Assembly (NCBI GenBank): GCA_965214405.1
Contig: OZ243956.1
Span: 2,720,001 to 2,784,000, forward strand
Length of the DNA stretch: 64,000 bases
Source of the DNA: Trueperaceae bacterium
Lineage (GTDB): Bacteria; Deinococcota; Deinococci; Deinococcales; Trueperaceae
Direction of reading: 5' to 3'
Positions 29,742 to 41,739 of the stretch are shown here, piece by piece. Positions within the stretch are counted from its first letter, which is position 1. Each line of letters begins with the position of its first letter. Made by a program: the position numbers and the translations under genes. The notes below the pieces were generated by a model that did no database searches, was not told the DNA's origin, and saw nothing but the letters and a program-made list of their open reading frames with translations.

Positions 29742-29846
29742 GGGGCCTTCCGCTTGTTACGCGTTTCTAAAAGAGCCCGTCTCCGAGAGGCAAATACCCT
29801 GCTGGCCTCGCGTGGGACACCTTCTGCCGGTATACCCGCGTCCACC

Positions 29847-29887
29847 GCAACTTTGTTCAAGACTTCCAAAAAAAATCGTGTCACACT
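29847..29887 (+). promoter_or_regulatory. Activator box 6 (GCAACTTTGTTCAAGAC) plus -10-like CACACT
   Basis: Box 29847-29863, 18-nt gap, CACACT 29882-29887. Confidence 0.75.
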
Positions 29888-29950
29888 GGTGAGCATTTGG
29901 ACGTACCTGTAGACGTTGTAGACATAGCTTAAGCAGAGGAGGCATTTTGT

Positions 29951-30084
29951 GTGAGAGGATCCACGATTAAAGACTTAACTACTGTGGACAGCTCGAGCAC
30001 AAAACGGTTTGTCACAGCGGTTGTCGCAGCCATTGTCACAGCGGTTACCACAGCGCGCGTCTCTGCTTTTTCCGCCGGGCTTTT

Positions 30085-30088
<4 letters not shown>
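29951..30088 (+). CDS. Putative 45-aa small protein [45 protein letters not shown]
   Basis: RBS AGAGGAGG ending 8 nt before GTG; stop overlaps the GH63 start as GTGA. Confidence 0.5.
30009..30056 (+). repeat. 4 x 12-bp imperfect tandem repeat (TTGTCACAGCGG)
   Basis: TTGTCACAGCGG, TTGTCGCAGCCA, TTGTCACAGCGG, TTACCACAGCGC. Confidence 0.8.
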
Positions 30089-32781
<2,693 letters not shown>

Positions 32782-32783
32782 AC

Positions 32784-33305
32784 GTGGACATTGCGATGGT
32801 GGCGCGCACGATTCAGCTTATCCTCGCGCCCGTGGTGGTCGTCACGGCGTGCGCCATCGCGGTGGGCGGCTTTCGGGGCCACTACGCCGTCATCAGCGAG
32901 CGGGTGTGGGGCTTGACGCGTGAACGCCTCGAGCTCTTGCGCGGCGACACGCTGCGCCCGTCCGCCCCCGACCACACCCAAGCGCGCCTCGCCGACATCG
33001 ACGCGAGGCTTCCTCCCCTGCTCCGCCGCCTCAGGCTCATGCACGACGCGGTGCTCTTTACTTACAGCGGGATGGCGGTGCTGATTGTCAACATGTTTGT
33101 GATTGCCCTGGCGGTAGAGACGCGCTCGAGCCTCGCCGCCACCTTAGCCCTCGGCTCGTTTTTGCTCGGCGTGACGGGGCTCCTGGTGGGCGTTATTTTG
33201 GCGATTCTCGAGGTGCGCGCCTCGCACACGGCTCACCACGCGCGGTTCCACCTTGCCGCGAGAGGGGCATTTAAGAGAGGTGAGCCCGGGGACGCGCGTC
33301 CTTGA
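32784..33305 (+). CDS. DUF2721-like membrane protein
   Basis: IQLILAPVV N-terminus and three hydrophobic helices. Confidence 0.75.
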   Translation: MDIAMVARTIQLILAPVVVVTACAIAVGGFRGHYAVISERVWGLTRERLELLRGDTLRPSAPDHTQARLADIDARLPPLLRRLRLMHDAVLFTYSGMAVLIVNMFVIALAVETRSSLAATLALGSFLLGVTGLLVGVILAILEVRASHTAHHARFHLAARGAFKRGEPGDARP

Positions 33306-33334
33306 ATTTCTAAGGCAGCACGGAGCATCCGGCG

Positions 33335-36298
33335 TTATTCTGCGGCGGAAGCTTTAGGAAGGTCGCTTAGGAGGCTCTCGAGCGTTACACTTTCCCCATC
33401 GTCTTCCGAGCCAGGCCCTCCTTCGTCAGTCGAAACGGCCCGGAGCACCCCCTGCGCCAGGTCGCGGTTTGAGGCGAAGCTCGCCTGGTGACGGATAACG
33501 TACCGGGAGAGCCTCGAGGCCAGGGCGTGTTCGCCTAGCGCCAGGAGAACTTCGCTAAAACCCGTTAAGGCGTGGAGCGTTTTAGCGAGCATCTTACCCT
33601 CTAAGGCAACCGTCAGGGCTTCGTTCAGGCGCTTTAGCGCCCCCTCACGTTCACCCCTGGTCAGTTCAATGCGGGCGTACTCCACCAAAAGGTAGAGCAG
33701 CCCCTGCTGGTCGTCGATATGCCGGGCAAGCTCGAGGGCCGAGGCAATCTGCTCATACGCCTCGTCGATATCCCCCTGCAAGCGCCTGAGCTGCGCGAGG
33801 CCCCAGCGAAGATACGGCTGAAAGTGTGCCAAGTTGAGCGCTTCACTGAGCGCCGAAACTTCTTTTAAGTCAAGCTCCGCCTGAGCGAGACGACCCACGA
33901 GCATAAAAAGGTTGGCCTGGTTGAGTAGGCAAATGGCGACGCCCACCTGACTGCCTATCTCTTGGTTGAGTTGCCTGGCTTGCGCCAGATACTTCTCGGC
34001 GGCGGCGTAATCTCCTAGGCAAAGCTGCGCGTTGGCGAGGTTGCCTAGGAGCACCGCCTCGCTATTCAGGTCGCGATGCGGGAGGCTGTAGGCTTCCTCG
34101 AGCAGCCCGACCACCCGCCTATAGTCACCCCTATAATCCGCCACAAAGCCCGCCAGATTACTCAGCCCCATCGCCACAAGGTTCGGGTCGCCGTGGGCGC
34201 GGAGCTGCGCCAACGCTTCCTCTGCGAGGTGCAGCGCGCGCTCCGCTTGACCGAGGTAATAGAGCATCCACGAGGAGGCGTAGCGCAGGTTACCGAGAGC
34301 GAGGAGGTATCCGGGCTGTAAGTCAATCTGCAAGTCTGCCCGTAAGTCAAGCTGTGAAGTGAGGCGCTGAGCCGCATGGTCAAAGAGGTCTAAGCCTTCT
34401 TGAGCACGCCCGCTGAATTCAAAAAGATAAGCGAGCGTAAAGACGCCTCTCGCCAACTCGGCGGCGTGGCGCTGCCCCAACTGATAGCGCCACGCACTGC
34501 GGACGTTGTCCAGCTCGCTACCCACCTCGTTAAGGACGACCTTGGCCCCTTCACCCTGGATGGTTTCGAAGCGCTCCTCTAAAAATGACGTGAAGTAGGC
34601 CGCGTGTGCTTGCTGCGCCTTTTGCTCGAGTTCGGGCTGCGCGGCGAGCTTCTGTTTGGTGAACTCGTGCAGCAGCGGGTGACGGTCGTAGCGCCCGTTG
34701 GGCTGCGGGCGCAAGAGCGCCTTGTCATTCAGCGCGACTAAATGCGTCAAGCCCACGCCCGCGACCGCTTGCGCCGCCTCCCTGGTGAAGCCGCCCCTAA
34801 ATACAGCGAGCTTCATAAGCGCACCCTGTTCGTCCTCACTGAGCAGCCGCCAGGAGGACTCGAAGGCCGCCCGGAGGCTCGAGTGGCGCTCCGGCAGACC
34901 GCGCGCCCCGCCGCTCAGCGAAATCAGGTCTTGTTCCAAGTGCTCGGCTATCCCCTCGCAAGACAAGACGTTCACCAAGGCCGCCGCGAGTTCGGTGGCG
35001 AGCGGCGAGCCGCCGACCATGCGGCAGATGCGGGCGACGGCGCTCAAATTCTCTTCTGAAGGATCAAAGCCGTGCCGGTGGCGCTTGGCGCGGTCGATAA
35101 ACAGGGTGAGCGCGTCCGGATACGGTGCGGCGTCCTCGAAAGACAGGCCCTCCAGCCACAACACATGCTCCTCGGCCAAGTTGAGGCGTTCGCGCGAGGT
35201 GACGAGCAGGGCGAGGTTGGGAAGGCGTTCCAGCAGCTCGGGCAAGACCGTCACCGCCTCCACAAGACGCTCAAAACTGTCGAGGATGAGGAGCATAGAC
35301 TGGTCTTTGACGGCTTCGGCGATAGCCTCGACCGGGGCGTCCCCCCTAAGCTCAACGTCAAGCGTGGCGGCGAGGCGGTAGAGGAATTCGTGGGGTGAGG
35401 CGAGCGACTCGAGTTCGACCAGACGAACCCCGTCTCGGAAGCGCCCCTGCTGAATCAGCCGGTTGGCGGCCTCGACCGCGAGCCGCGTTTTGCCCATGCC
35501 CGCCAGGCCGACGAGGCTTAACAGACGGACCTCGCCCCCACGAAAAAGGTTGTCGACGGTTTCTAGCTCCGCACCCCGGCCGACAAACGAGGTGCCCCGC
35601 GTGAGCAGCCGTGGCGCGGTAGGCCGCAACTGGGCTCGAGCCTCAGCAGCGGTGAGGTTTAAGTCGAGACCCACCTCGTGAGCTGAACGCCTCACCTCCG
35701 CCGCGAGCGGGTGCCCGTCGGCTGCGAGCAGCGCATAGACGCGGGGGGCGAGATCGGGCTCGAGCCCGCCCCCGTCATCCAGCACCGTATATGCCTTCTG
35801 AGCATGACCCGCGCCCGCGCCAAAGTCACCCTCTGCCGCCGCCGCTTCGCCGAGCCCCAGGTGCGCCTCGCCCACGCGGCCCGCCAGATATTCGCGCGTG
35901 CTGTAGACCCACTCTTCTAGTTCCGCCGACCAGTCTGTGTAGACGCCGCTCAAGAACGGCCCCCCGTAAGCTTCGGTCGCCTCCTGCCACTCGCCACGCC
36001 CCAACGCCTCCAACACGGTTTGCGCGTCTGTTCCCACCGTGGCCCAGACCTGCGCGTTATCGGCCCCGACGACGTCGCCCGCGCGTTTGAGCCTCGAGAG
36101 TTCGACCGATAAGCTCGCTAGCGGGTCTTTGGCCTCGGGCCAGAAGAGGTCGGCGAGACGCCGCCGCGTCTGTGGACCCTCCAAACACAAGTAAGCGAGC
36201 ATAAGGAGCGGTTTGGCGCGCTTGAAGCTGCTCGCCGACAGCTCGAGGCCGCCGAGCGTGAGCAGCTTAGGCTCCTTGGTGCCGGAGATGGCGGACAT
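33335..36298 (-). CDS. SARP/AfsR-like regulator: wHTH-BTAD, STAND-type NTPase and TPR repeats
   Basis: LAYLCLEG..TR..LADLFWP; YGGPFL..EEWV; P-loop GLAGMGKT; LLILDSFE; LLVTSRE; C-terminal TPR-like helices. Confidence 0.9.
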   Translation of the reverse strand: MSAISGTKEPKLLTLGGLELSASSFKRAKPLLMLAYLCLEGPQTRRRLADLFWPEAKDPLASLSVELSRLKRAGDVVGADNAQVWATVGTDAQTVLEALGRGEWQEATEAYGGPFLSGVYTDWSAELEEWVYSTREYLAGRVGEAHLGLGEAAAAEGDFGAGAGHAQKAYTVLDDGGGLEPDLAPRVYALLAADGHPLAAEVRRSAHEVGLDLNLTAAEARAQLRPTAPRLLTRGTSFVGRGAELETVDNLFRGGEVRLLSLVGLAGMGKTRLAVEAANRLIQQGRFRDGVRLVELESLASPHEFLYRLAATLDVELRGDAPVEAIAEAVKDQSMLLILDSFERLVEAVTVLPELLERLPNLALLVTSRERLNLAEEHVLWLEGLSFEDAAPYPDALTLFIDRAKRHRHGFDPSEENLSAVARICRMVGGSPLATELAAALVNVLSCEGIAEHLEQDLISLSGGARGLPERHSSLRAAFESSWRLLSEDEQGALMKLAVFRGGFTREAAQAVAGVGLTHLVALNDKALLRPQPNGRYDRHPLLHEFTKQKLAAQPELEQKAQQAHAAYFTSFLEERFETIQGEGAKVVLNEVGSELDNVRSAWRYQLGQRHAAELARGVFTLAYLFEFSGRAQEGLDLFDHAAQRLTSQLDLRADLQIDLQPGYLLALGNLRYASSWMLYYLGQAERALHLAEEALAQLRAHGDPNLVAMGLSNLAGFVADYRGDYRRVVGLLEEAYSLPHRDLNSEAVLLGNLANAQLCLGDYAAAEKYLAQARQLNQEIGSQVGVAICLLNQANLFMLVGRLAQAELDLKEVSALSEALNLAHFQPYLRWGLAQLRRLQGDIDEAYEQIASALELARHIDDQQGLLYLLVEYARIELTRGEREGALKRLNEALTVALEGKMLAKTLHALTGFSEVLLALGEHALASRLSRYVIRHQASFASNRDLAQGVLRAVSTDEGGPGSEDDGESVTLESLLSDLPKASAAE

Positions 36299-36301
36299 GC
36301 G

Positions 36302-37156
36302 CTAGGGCGCCCTGAGCGACGCCCGCTGAAAGCGTTCGGGGGTGGTTCGGGTAAAGCGCCTAAACGTATTGGTCAGGTGGGCTTGGTCGGTAAAGCCTAA
36401 GTCTTGGGCGACCTTGGCGACCTTTTCGCCCTCGGCGAGCTTGTCTACCGCCAGGCAGACGCGCAGCCCCGTCTGGTATTCGTGGGGCGAAAGACCGACG
36501 TCACGCCTGAAGACCCGCATCAGATAGTGCTTGTTGAGCCCGGCCAGCCGCGCCAGGTCGTCTAGCCTGAGGTCTTGTCCGGGGGTGTGGTGAAGCACCT
36601 CTTTGACCACCCGCACGGCCTTGTGTTCTCGGCCGAGTTTTCCTTCGCTCGGCGGCGTGCCCGAGCAGCAGGTGAGCACCGCGTGCAAGAGGTCGAGCAG
36701 CCTGCCCTCGCGCTCTAAGTGACTGGCCGGTTCTTCGAACGCCTGGACCGCGCTTAAGATCATGTGGAGAAGCGGCTCTCTGAGATTTTCGGGCGGGTGC
36801 ATATGGGGTAGAACCAACTCCTTTGCCCCCAAGGTTGAGAGAAGCTGCTCCGCATATTCGGGCGAAAAGCAGAGCCAGGCGGTGCTGAGCGGCGCATCAT
36901 CCAACGCTTCAGGCCGGAAAACCTCGCCCGGCTGCTGAAGCCAGACGAGATCGTGACCTGGGTGGTAGCGTAAACGCTCCCTACCGTAGCGGACGCGGTA
37001 GCTCCCGAAGCGCGGGTGGGCCAGAAAGTGGTAGCCCTGCACGACGTGAAGCGGCAGACTGTACCGGCTCACATGTTTACACGAGACGAGGTAGAGCCCC
37101 TCAAAGTCATTTGGCCGCCACACCCTGCCAGCTTCGGGTTCGCTCGAGTGCGTCAT
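36302..37156 (-). CDS. AraC-family regulator, paralogue of 17589-18458
   Basis: KLGREHKAV, RVFRRDVGLSPHEYQTGLR, GFTDQAHLT; stop 3 nt before the SARP-like gene start. Confidence 0.93.
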   Translation of the reverse strand: MTHSSEPEAGRVWRPNDFEGLYLVSCKHVSRYSLPLHVVQGYHFLAHPRFGSYRVRYGRERLRYHPGHDLVWLQQPGEVFRPEALDDAPLSTAWLCFSPEYAEQLLSTLGAKELVLPHMHPPENLREPLLHMILSAVQAFEEPASHLEREGRLLDLLHAVLTCCSGTPPSEGKLGREHKAVRVVKEVLHHTPGQDLRLDDLARLAGLNKHYLMRVFRRDVGLSPHEYQTGLRVCLAVDKLAEGEKVAKVAQDLGFTDQAHLTNTFRRFTRTTPERFQRASLRAP

Positions 37157-37203
37157 GGCTGCGTCCTTATCTCCGCCCCCGCCGATGAAATTGTGTAAAA
37201 ACT

Positions 37204-38333
37204 CTCAGTACACGACAGATTTGAAATAAAGGGCTCTCCAGTGAAGAATGGATGTTGCGAGACACCACTTCAAGGGAGAGCATATGAAGCATACCGGGTT
37301 GCTGGCACAGTTGAAAGCGAGCGGCTTAAAGCTGCACCCGTCACGGCTTAAGTTCTTGAGCTTGTTGATGATCGCGATGGTGCAGGCAAAGACGGTGAAC
37401 TTGGCGACGTTGGTAGGCATGATGGAGGGCAGAGCCCAGCCGGACTCGCTTTACAGACGGGCGCAACGGTTTTTCCAAGGCTTGCACTTGGCCGATGAGA
37501 CAGTTTTCAGGTACGCGCTGAGTCTAGGTCCCAAGCGAAGCTACAGCCTGTGCCTAGACCGGACGAACTGGAAGTTTGGCAAACTCGACATCAACATCTT
37601 GACCCTGGCTTATGCGCATGAGGGCGTAGCGGTTCCCTTACTGTGGTGTCTTTTGCCCAAGGCTGGCAACTCCGCCACGCAAGAACGCATTACGCTTTTG
37701 GAGCGTTTGCTAAAACTTTTGCCCGTAGACCAGCTAGAGGTGCTGCTAGCCGATAGGGAGTTCATCGGGGGCGACTGGTTCGCTTATCTTGAGCGTAAGC
37801 ACATCCCTTTCGTTATCCGCGTGCGTAAAGACGCTCTCGGTGATGGCTGGTTTCATCTGTTCGGCTTTTTCCAGCATCTACCTGTGGGTGAGCACAAGGT
37901 ACTTAAACAGCGCTACACTGTCTTTGGTGTTGAGCTTGGGGTTGCAGGCGCGCGTTTAGAGGGTGGAGAATACATCATCGTCGTCACCAACCGCAATCCT
38001 AAGCAGGCCCTCGCAAGCTACGCGAAGCGCTGGCAGATAGAATGCTTGTTCAAAGCCTTGAAAAGCAGCGGCTTTGACTTTGAAGCTACGCATCTCAAGC
38101 ACCTAGAGCGCATTAACACCTTACTTGTCGTTGTGACCCTGGCTTTCTTATGGGCCTTGAAAGTCGGAGCATTTGTTCACCGTCAGCTCAAACCTGTTCG
38201 AATGAAGTCGCACGGGCGCAAGCAGAAGTCTTTATTCCGGGCAGGCTTAGACCATCTCAGGCATCTGCTCACCAACTCGGCAACCAAAAAGCCTGACCTG
38301 GACCGCTGTTTTCGGCTTTTGTCGTGTACTTAG
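37204..38333 (+). mobile_element. IS4-family insertion sequence, 1130 bp
   Basis: Terminal IRs CTCAGTACACGACA (37204-37217) and TGTCGTGTACTTAG (38320-38333), 13/14 match; encloses a DDE transposase. Confidence 0.9.
37284..38333 (+). CDS. IS4-family DDE transposase (frame open from 37248)
   Basis: LDRTNW, LADREFIG, and Y..RW.IE..FK..K signature; stop codon lies in the right IR. Confidence 0.93.
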   Translation: MKHTGLLAQLKASGLKLHPSRLKFLSLLMIAMVQAKTVNLATLVGMMEGRAQPDSLYRRAQRFFQGLHLADETVFRYALSLGPKRSYSLCLDRTNWKFGKLDINILTLAYAHEGVAVPLLWCLLPKAGNSATQERITLLERLLKLLPVDQLEVLLADREFIGGDWFAYLERKHIPFVIRVRKDALGDGWFHLFGFFQHLPVGEHKVLKQRYTVFGVELGVAGARLEGGEYIIVVTNRNPKQALASYAKRWQIECLFKALKSSGFDFEATHLKHLERINTLLVVVTLAFLWALKVGAFVHRQLKPVRMKSHGRKQKSLFRAGLDHLRHLLTNSATKKPDLDRCFRLLSCT

Positions 38334-38453
38334 CAGTCAGGGTAAAGGAAAGAATCGAGGCAGCTGAGACTCGTAACAACCGGTAAAAATCTCTTGTTTT
38401 TTCCGCTGTTTCCCAATCTCTCATTTATGTAAACACACTTTAGGGCTCGAGCG

Positions 38454-39332
38454 TTACTCGAGCCCGCCCAGCCACCCCGCCAACGCCTTACCTATCTCAT
38501 CCGGCCTGTCCTCGGGCAAGAAGTGCAAACCCTCTCCCACATTGACCGCCGTCAAGTGGCTCAGGCCTCTGCACCACGCCACCTCGTCCGCCCCAATGAC
38601 CGCGCCCGGTTCTGCGTACAAAAGGAGCTTAGGCACGTCTGAGGTGGTGAGGTAATTCCTGTAGCCGTTCACAACGTCCGTTACGTCCGCCGGGTGACCC
38701 TCGATAGGAATCTCCCTCACCCACTGCAAGATGGGCTTTCGGGCGCGCTTTTCCACGTAGGGCGCGCGGTAGGCGTCCATCTCTTTCCCAGAAAGCTCGC
38801 GCCGCGTGCCCCCCGGCAGCACCGTTTCGACAAAAAAGTTTTCTTCTATGACCATCTCCTCCCCCACGCCCTGCGTACGGAGCTTCTTAAACATCTCCTG
38901 TGAATCCGCGTCGAAGTGCGCCCACGCCTCGATGGGGTGCAGGTGCCCTTCCATAAAGGCGACGGCTTTTACGTTTTCGGGATGGCGCGTTAGGTAGTGG
39001 AGCCCCAGCACGACGCCCCAGTCGTGCATGACGAGGGTGAGGGTGTTTAGCTCGAGCGCCCCGATAAACGCGTCCAGGTAGTCAATGTGGTCCCCCAGCC
39101 GATACGTGATATCCGGCTTTCCCGACCCGCCCATGCCGATGAGGTCCGGGGCGATACAGCGGCCCAGCGATGCGACGTGGGGGATGACGTTGCGCCACAA
39201 GTAGGACGAGGTGGGGTTGCCGTGAAGGAACAAGATGGGGTCGCCCGCGCCCGCCTCGAGGAAGTGCATCAACGAGTCCTTGACCGCAACGGTTTTGGAG
39301 CTGAGGGTGTCAGGGATGCTCGCTCGAGTCAT
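38454..39332 (-). CDS. dhaA: Haloalkane dehalogenase
   Basis: LHGNPTSSYLWRN, HDWG nucleophile elbow, FME, GLHFLPED. Confidence 0.9.
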   Translation of the reverse strand: MTRASIPDTLSSKTVAVKDSLMHFLEAGAGDPILFLHGNPTSSYLWRNVIPHVASLGRCIAPDLIGMGGSGKPDITYRLGDHIDYLDAFIGALELNTLTLVMHDWGVVLGLHYLTRHPENVKAVAFMEGHLHPIEAWAHFDADSQEMFKKLRTQGVGEEMVIEENFFVETVLPGGTRRELSGKEMDAYRAPYVEKRARKPILQWVREIPIEGHPADVTDVVNGYRNYLTTSDVPKLLLYAEPGAVIGADEVAWCRGLSHLTAVNVGEGLHFLPEDRPDEIGKALAGWLGGLE

Positions 39333-39350
39333 GGTCGCTCCGTTCTTGTG

Positions 39351-39376
39351 GTGAACCGGCTGTGTGAACCGGCTGT
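39351..39376. repeat. Perfect 13-bp tandem duplication GTGAACCGGCTGT x2
   Basis: Seen directly in the region upstream of dhaA. Confidence 0.8.
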
Positions 39377-39581
39377 AACGTTCTGCTTGAACCCAAGCTT
39401 ACTGCGGTCACGCAGCCCGGTGACGTTCTACCCACGCAAAGCGTTCGTCACCGCAAATTGTGGACGGCGGATTGTGCAGTGTTGAACAGGCGTGACAACT
39501 GGGTAAACCTAACGACAGGGCGTTTAGAAGGTTAGCTTGCAAGTGCAGCATTGACGTTCGAAAATGTTTATAACCGGCCCT

Positions 39582-39613
39582 GTAAGCTTTCAGTAAGAGA
39601 GCCTTCCTATACT
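39582..39613 (+). promoter_or_regulatory. Two GTAAG repeats (11-bp phase) plus -10 TATACT
   Basis: GTAAG at 39582 and 39593, TATACT at 39608; same last-repeat-to--10 offset (15) as at 19401/19416. Confidence 0.55.
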
Positions 39614-39668
39614 ATCTATAGTCCTCTGAAATCCGGACTACCTGCACCTTATCCAACGGGGGTTTACC

Positions 39669-41681
39669 ATGTCGTCATGCTCACACTGCCGCACCCTTTC
39701 TAAACTCAGCGACGAGGGTAGCGTTTTGCGCCTCACGCATCCGCTGGGCCACACGCGCGCCAAACTGCGCCGCGTCCTCGCTCAGCATTACGCGGTGCAA
39801 AGTAGTGACCACGGCTTGTCCGTGGTGGTGCCGCCCAACGCGCTAAATGACGTGGCGGGCTTGCTCGAGCACCACCTCAGCCAGAGTGAGCGTGAAAGCT
39901 GCCAGGCGCTGCTCCTCGCTGAGGGGGAAACGTTAAGTATTGATAAGATGGCGCAGGTTCAGCCGCTGGTTGCGCTTATTGCCAAAATTCGCTCGGGCTG
40001 GCTCGTCGACATGCTCAACGACGACGACTTTTACGCCGTTTTTCAGCCCATCGTTTCCGCAAGCGAGCCCGAACGCGCCTTTGCGTACGAATGCCTGCTC
40101 CGGGGCCGCGACGCCCAGGGTCAAATGATACCGCCGGGGCTCATCTTCGGGGCTGCGCGTAGCGCGGGCCTGCTCTTTCACCTAGACCGCACCGCCCGCT
40201 TGACCGCCATCCGCGACGCGCAGCGCCACGGGGTCACGACGCCTATTTTCATCAACTTCAACCCGACCTCGATCTACGATCCCGCGTTTTGCCTCAAGAC
40301 GACCATCCAGGCCATCAAAGACGCCAACATTTCCGCCGACCGCGTCGTGTTCGAGGTGATCGAGAGCGACGCGGTGAGCGACCCCGCGCACCTGCTCAAC
40401 ATCGTCCGCTTCTACCGCGAGCAGGGTTTTCGCATCGCCATTGACGATTTTGGCGCGGGCTACAGCTCGATCAACCTTCTCACGCAGCTTAAACCCGACT
40501 TTGTCAAGTTTGACCGGGAACTCATCCGCTTTATCGACGAAGAGCCCTACAAGCAAAAGGTGCTGGGCAAGCTTATCGAGATGGCGCGCGAGCTTGGCGT
40601 GCGGACGCTGGGTGAAGGCATCGAGCGTGAAGAGGAATTCCTTTGGCTGCGTGAACGCGGCGTAGACCTTTTTCAGGGCTTTTTCTTCGCCCGACCGGCC
40701 AGCCCGCCACCGCAACCGCAGGCCGTCCTCACGTTAGAAAAGCCCGCAGCCACGCCTCTTCCGACCGAAGGGTTTGACATCGACTTAGACTTTTCGTTGG
40801 ACGACCGCTCGCTCCAGGGCGTGCTCGACTCGCTCAATGAGCAGGTGGCGGTTATCGACCGGAGTGGCAAGATTGTGATGGTCAACCATGCCTGGCGGCG
40901 CGTTGGGGGCCAAGAGGGTGAGGGCACGCGTTTTACCGGGGTCAATTATCTCGACGTCTGCCGCGCGTCCGCCGCAGCGGGTGAACTCAACGCGCTCCTA
41001 AGCTACGAAGGCATTCTCCGGGTGCTCAACGGTCAAGCGCCCGAATTTAGCCTCGAGTACCCCTGCGAAACCCCCCAGGGCGAGCGCTGGTTCTTGATGA
41101 AGGTCACGCCTCTTACCAAGGGTCGTAGCGGCGCGGTCGTGCTTCACGTGGACATTACCGAGCGCAAGCGGCAAGAGGAGCGCATTAGCCTGTTGGCGAA
41201 CTACGACCAGCTCACCGGGGCGGCGAACCGGCGGCACTTTTACGAGCAGGCGCACCAGAGGCTCGAGACCGCGCAGCGCGAGCTGGTTCCCTTTTCTCTG
41301 CTCTACTTAGACCTAGACGGCTTCAAGGCCATCAACGACCGCTTCGGCCACGCCTGCGGCGACGGGCTTTTGCAGCACGTGAGCGGGCGCTTAAAGGGGC
41401 TCTTGCGCGAGGGCGACCTTTTAGCGCGCTTTGGCGGGGACGAGTTCGTGCTTCTGCTCAGCCACGTCTCGAGCCTTGAGGTCGGCGCGGTCGCCGCGCG
41501 GTTTAACCGCGTTCTCGAGCAACCCTTCGCGCTGGGCGCGCAGACCCTCACCTGTAGCGGCAGCCTGGGCGCGGCGTCCTACCCCGAACACGGCCGCACC
41601 GTCGACGAACTCTTGCAGCGCGCGGACGAGGCCATGTACCAGGCCAAAGCGCGCGCGGGCACACTCGCAAGGGCCAGCTAG
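39669..41681 (+). CDS. EAL-PAS-GGDEF c-di-GMP signalling protein
   Basis: FQPIV, YECLLR, FINF, IAIDDFGAGYS, EGIE, QGF; PAS-like middle; D.LTG..NRR, RFGGDEF. Confidence 0.93.
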   Translation: MSSCSHCRTLSKLSDEGSVLRLTHPLGHTRAKLRRVLAQHYAVQSSDHGLSVVVPPNALNDVAGLLEHHLSQSERESCQALLLAEGETLSIDKMAQVQPLVALIAKIRSGWLVDMLNDDDFYAVFQPIVSASEPERAFAYECLLRGRDAQGQMIPPGLIFGAARSAGLLFHLDRTARLTAIRDAQRHGVTTPIFINFNPTSIYDPAFCLKTTIQAIKDANISADRVVFEVIESDAVSDPAHLLNIVRFYREQGFRIAIDDFGAGYSSINLLTQLKPDFVKFDRELIRFIDEEPYKQKVLGKLIEMARELGVRTLGEGIEREEEFLWLRERGVDLFQGFFFARPASPPPQPQAVLTLEKPAATPLPTEGFDIDLDFSLDDRSLQGVLDSLNEQVAVIDRSGKIVMVNHAWRRVGGQEGEGTRFTGVNYLDVCRASAAAGELNALLSYEGILRVLNGQAPEFSLEYPCETPQGERWFLMKVTPLTKGRSGAVVLHVDITERKRQEERISLLANYDQLTGAANRRHFYEQAHQRLETAQRELVPFSLLYLDLDGFKAINDRFGHACGDGLLQHVSGRLKGLLREGDLLARFGGDEFVLLLSHVSSLEVGAVAARFNRVLEQPFALGAQTLTCSGSLGAASYPEHGRTVDELLQRADEAMYQAKARAGTLARAS

Positions 41682-41739
41682 TAAGACTCGCTCTTGGGCC
41701 CTCGAGCCCACGGTACTGAGTTACGGTGTCACATGCGCC

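Noticed and set aside
14248..29863. The repeated 17-bp box as a CRISPR repeat, REP or attC array
   Set aside because: Copies are kilobases apart, non-palindromic and at a fixed distance from -10 elements; no cas or integrase gene is present
33335..36298. STAND NTPase-TPR protein as an Avs-type antiphage system
   Set aside because: The N-terminus is wHTH-BTAD (a transcription activator) rather than a nuclease or other effector, and the gene is operonic with araC
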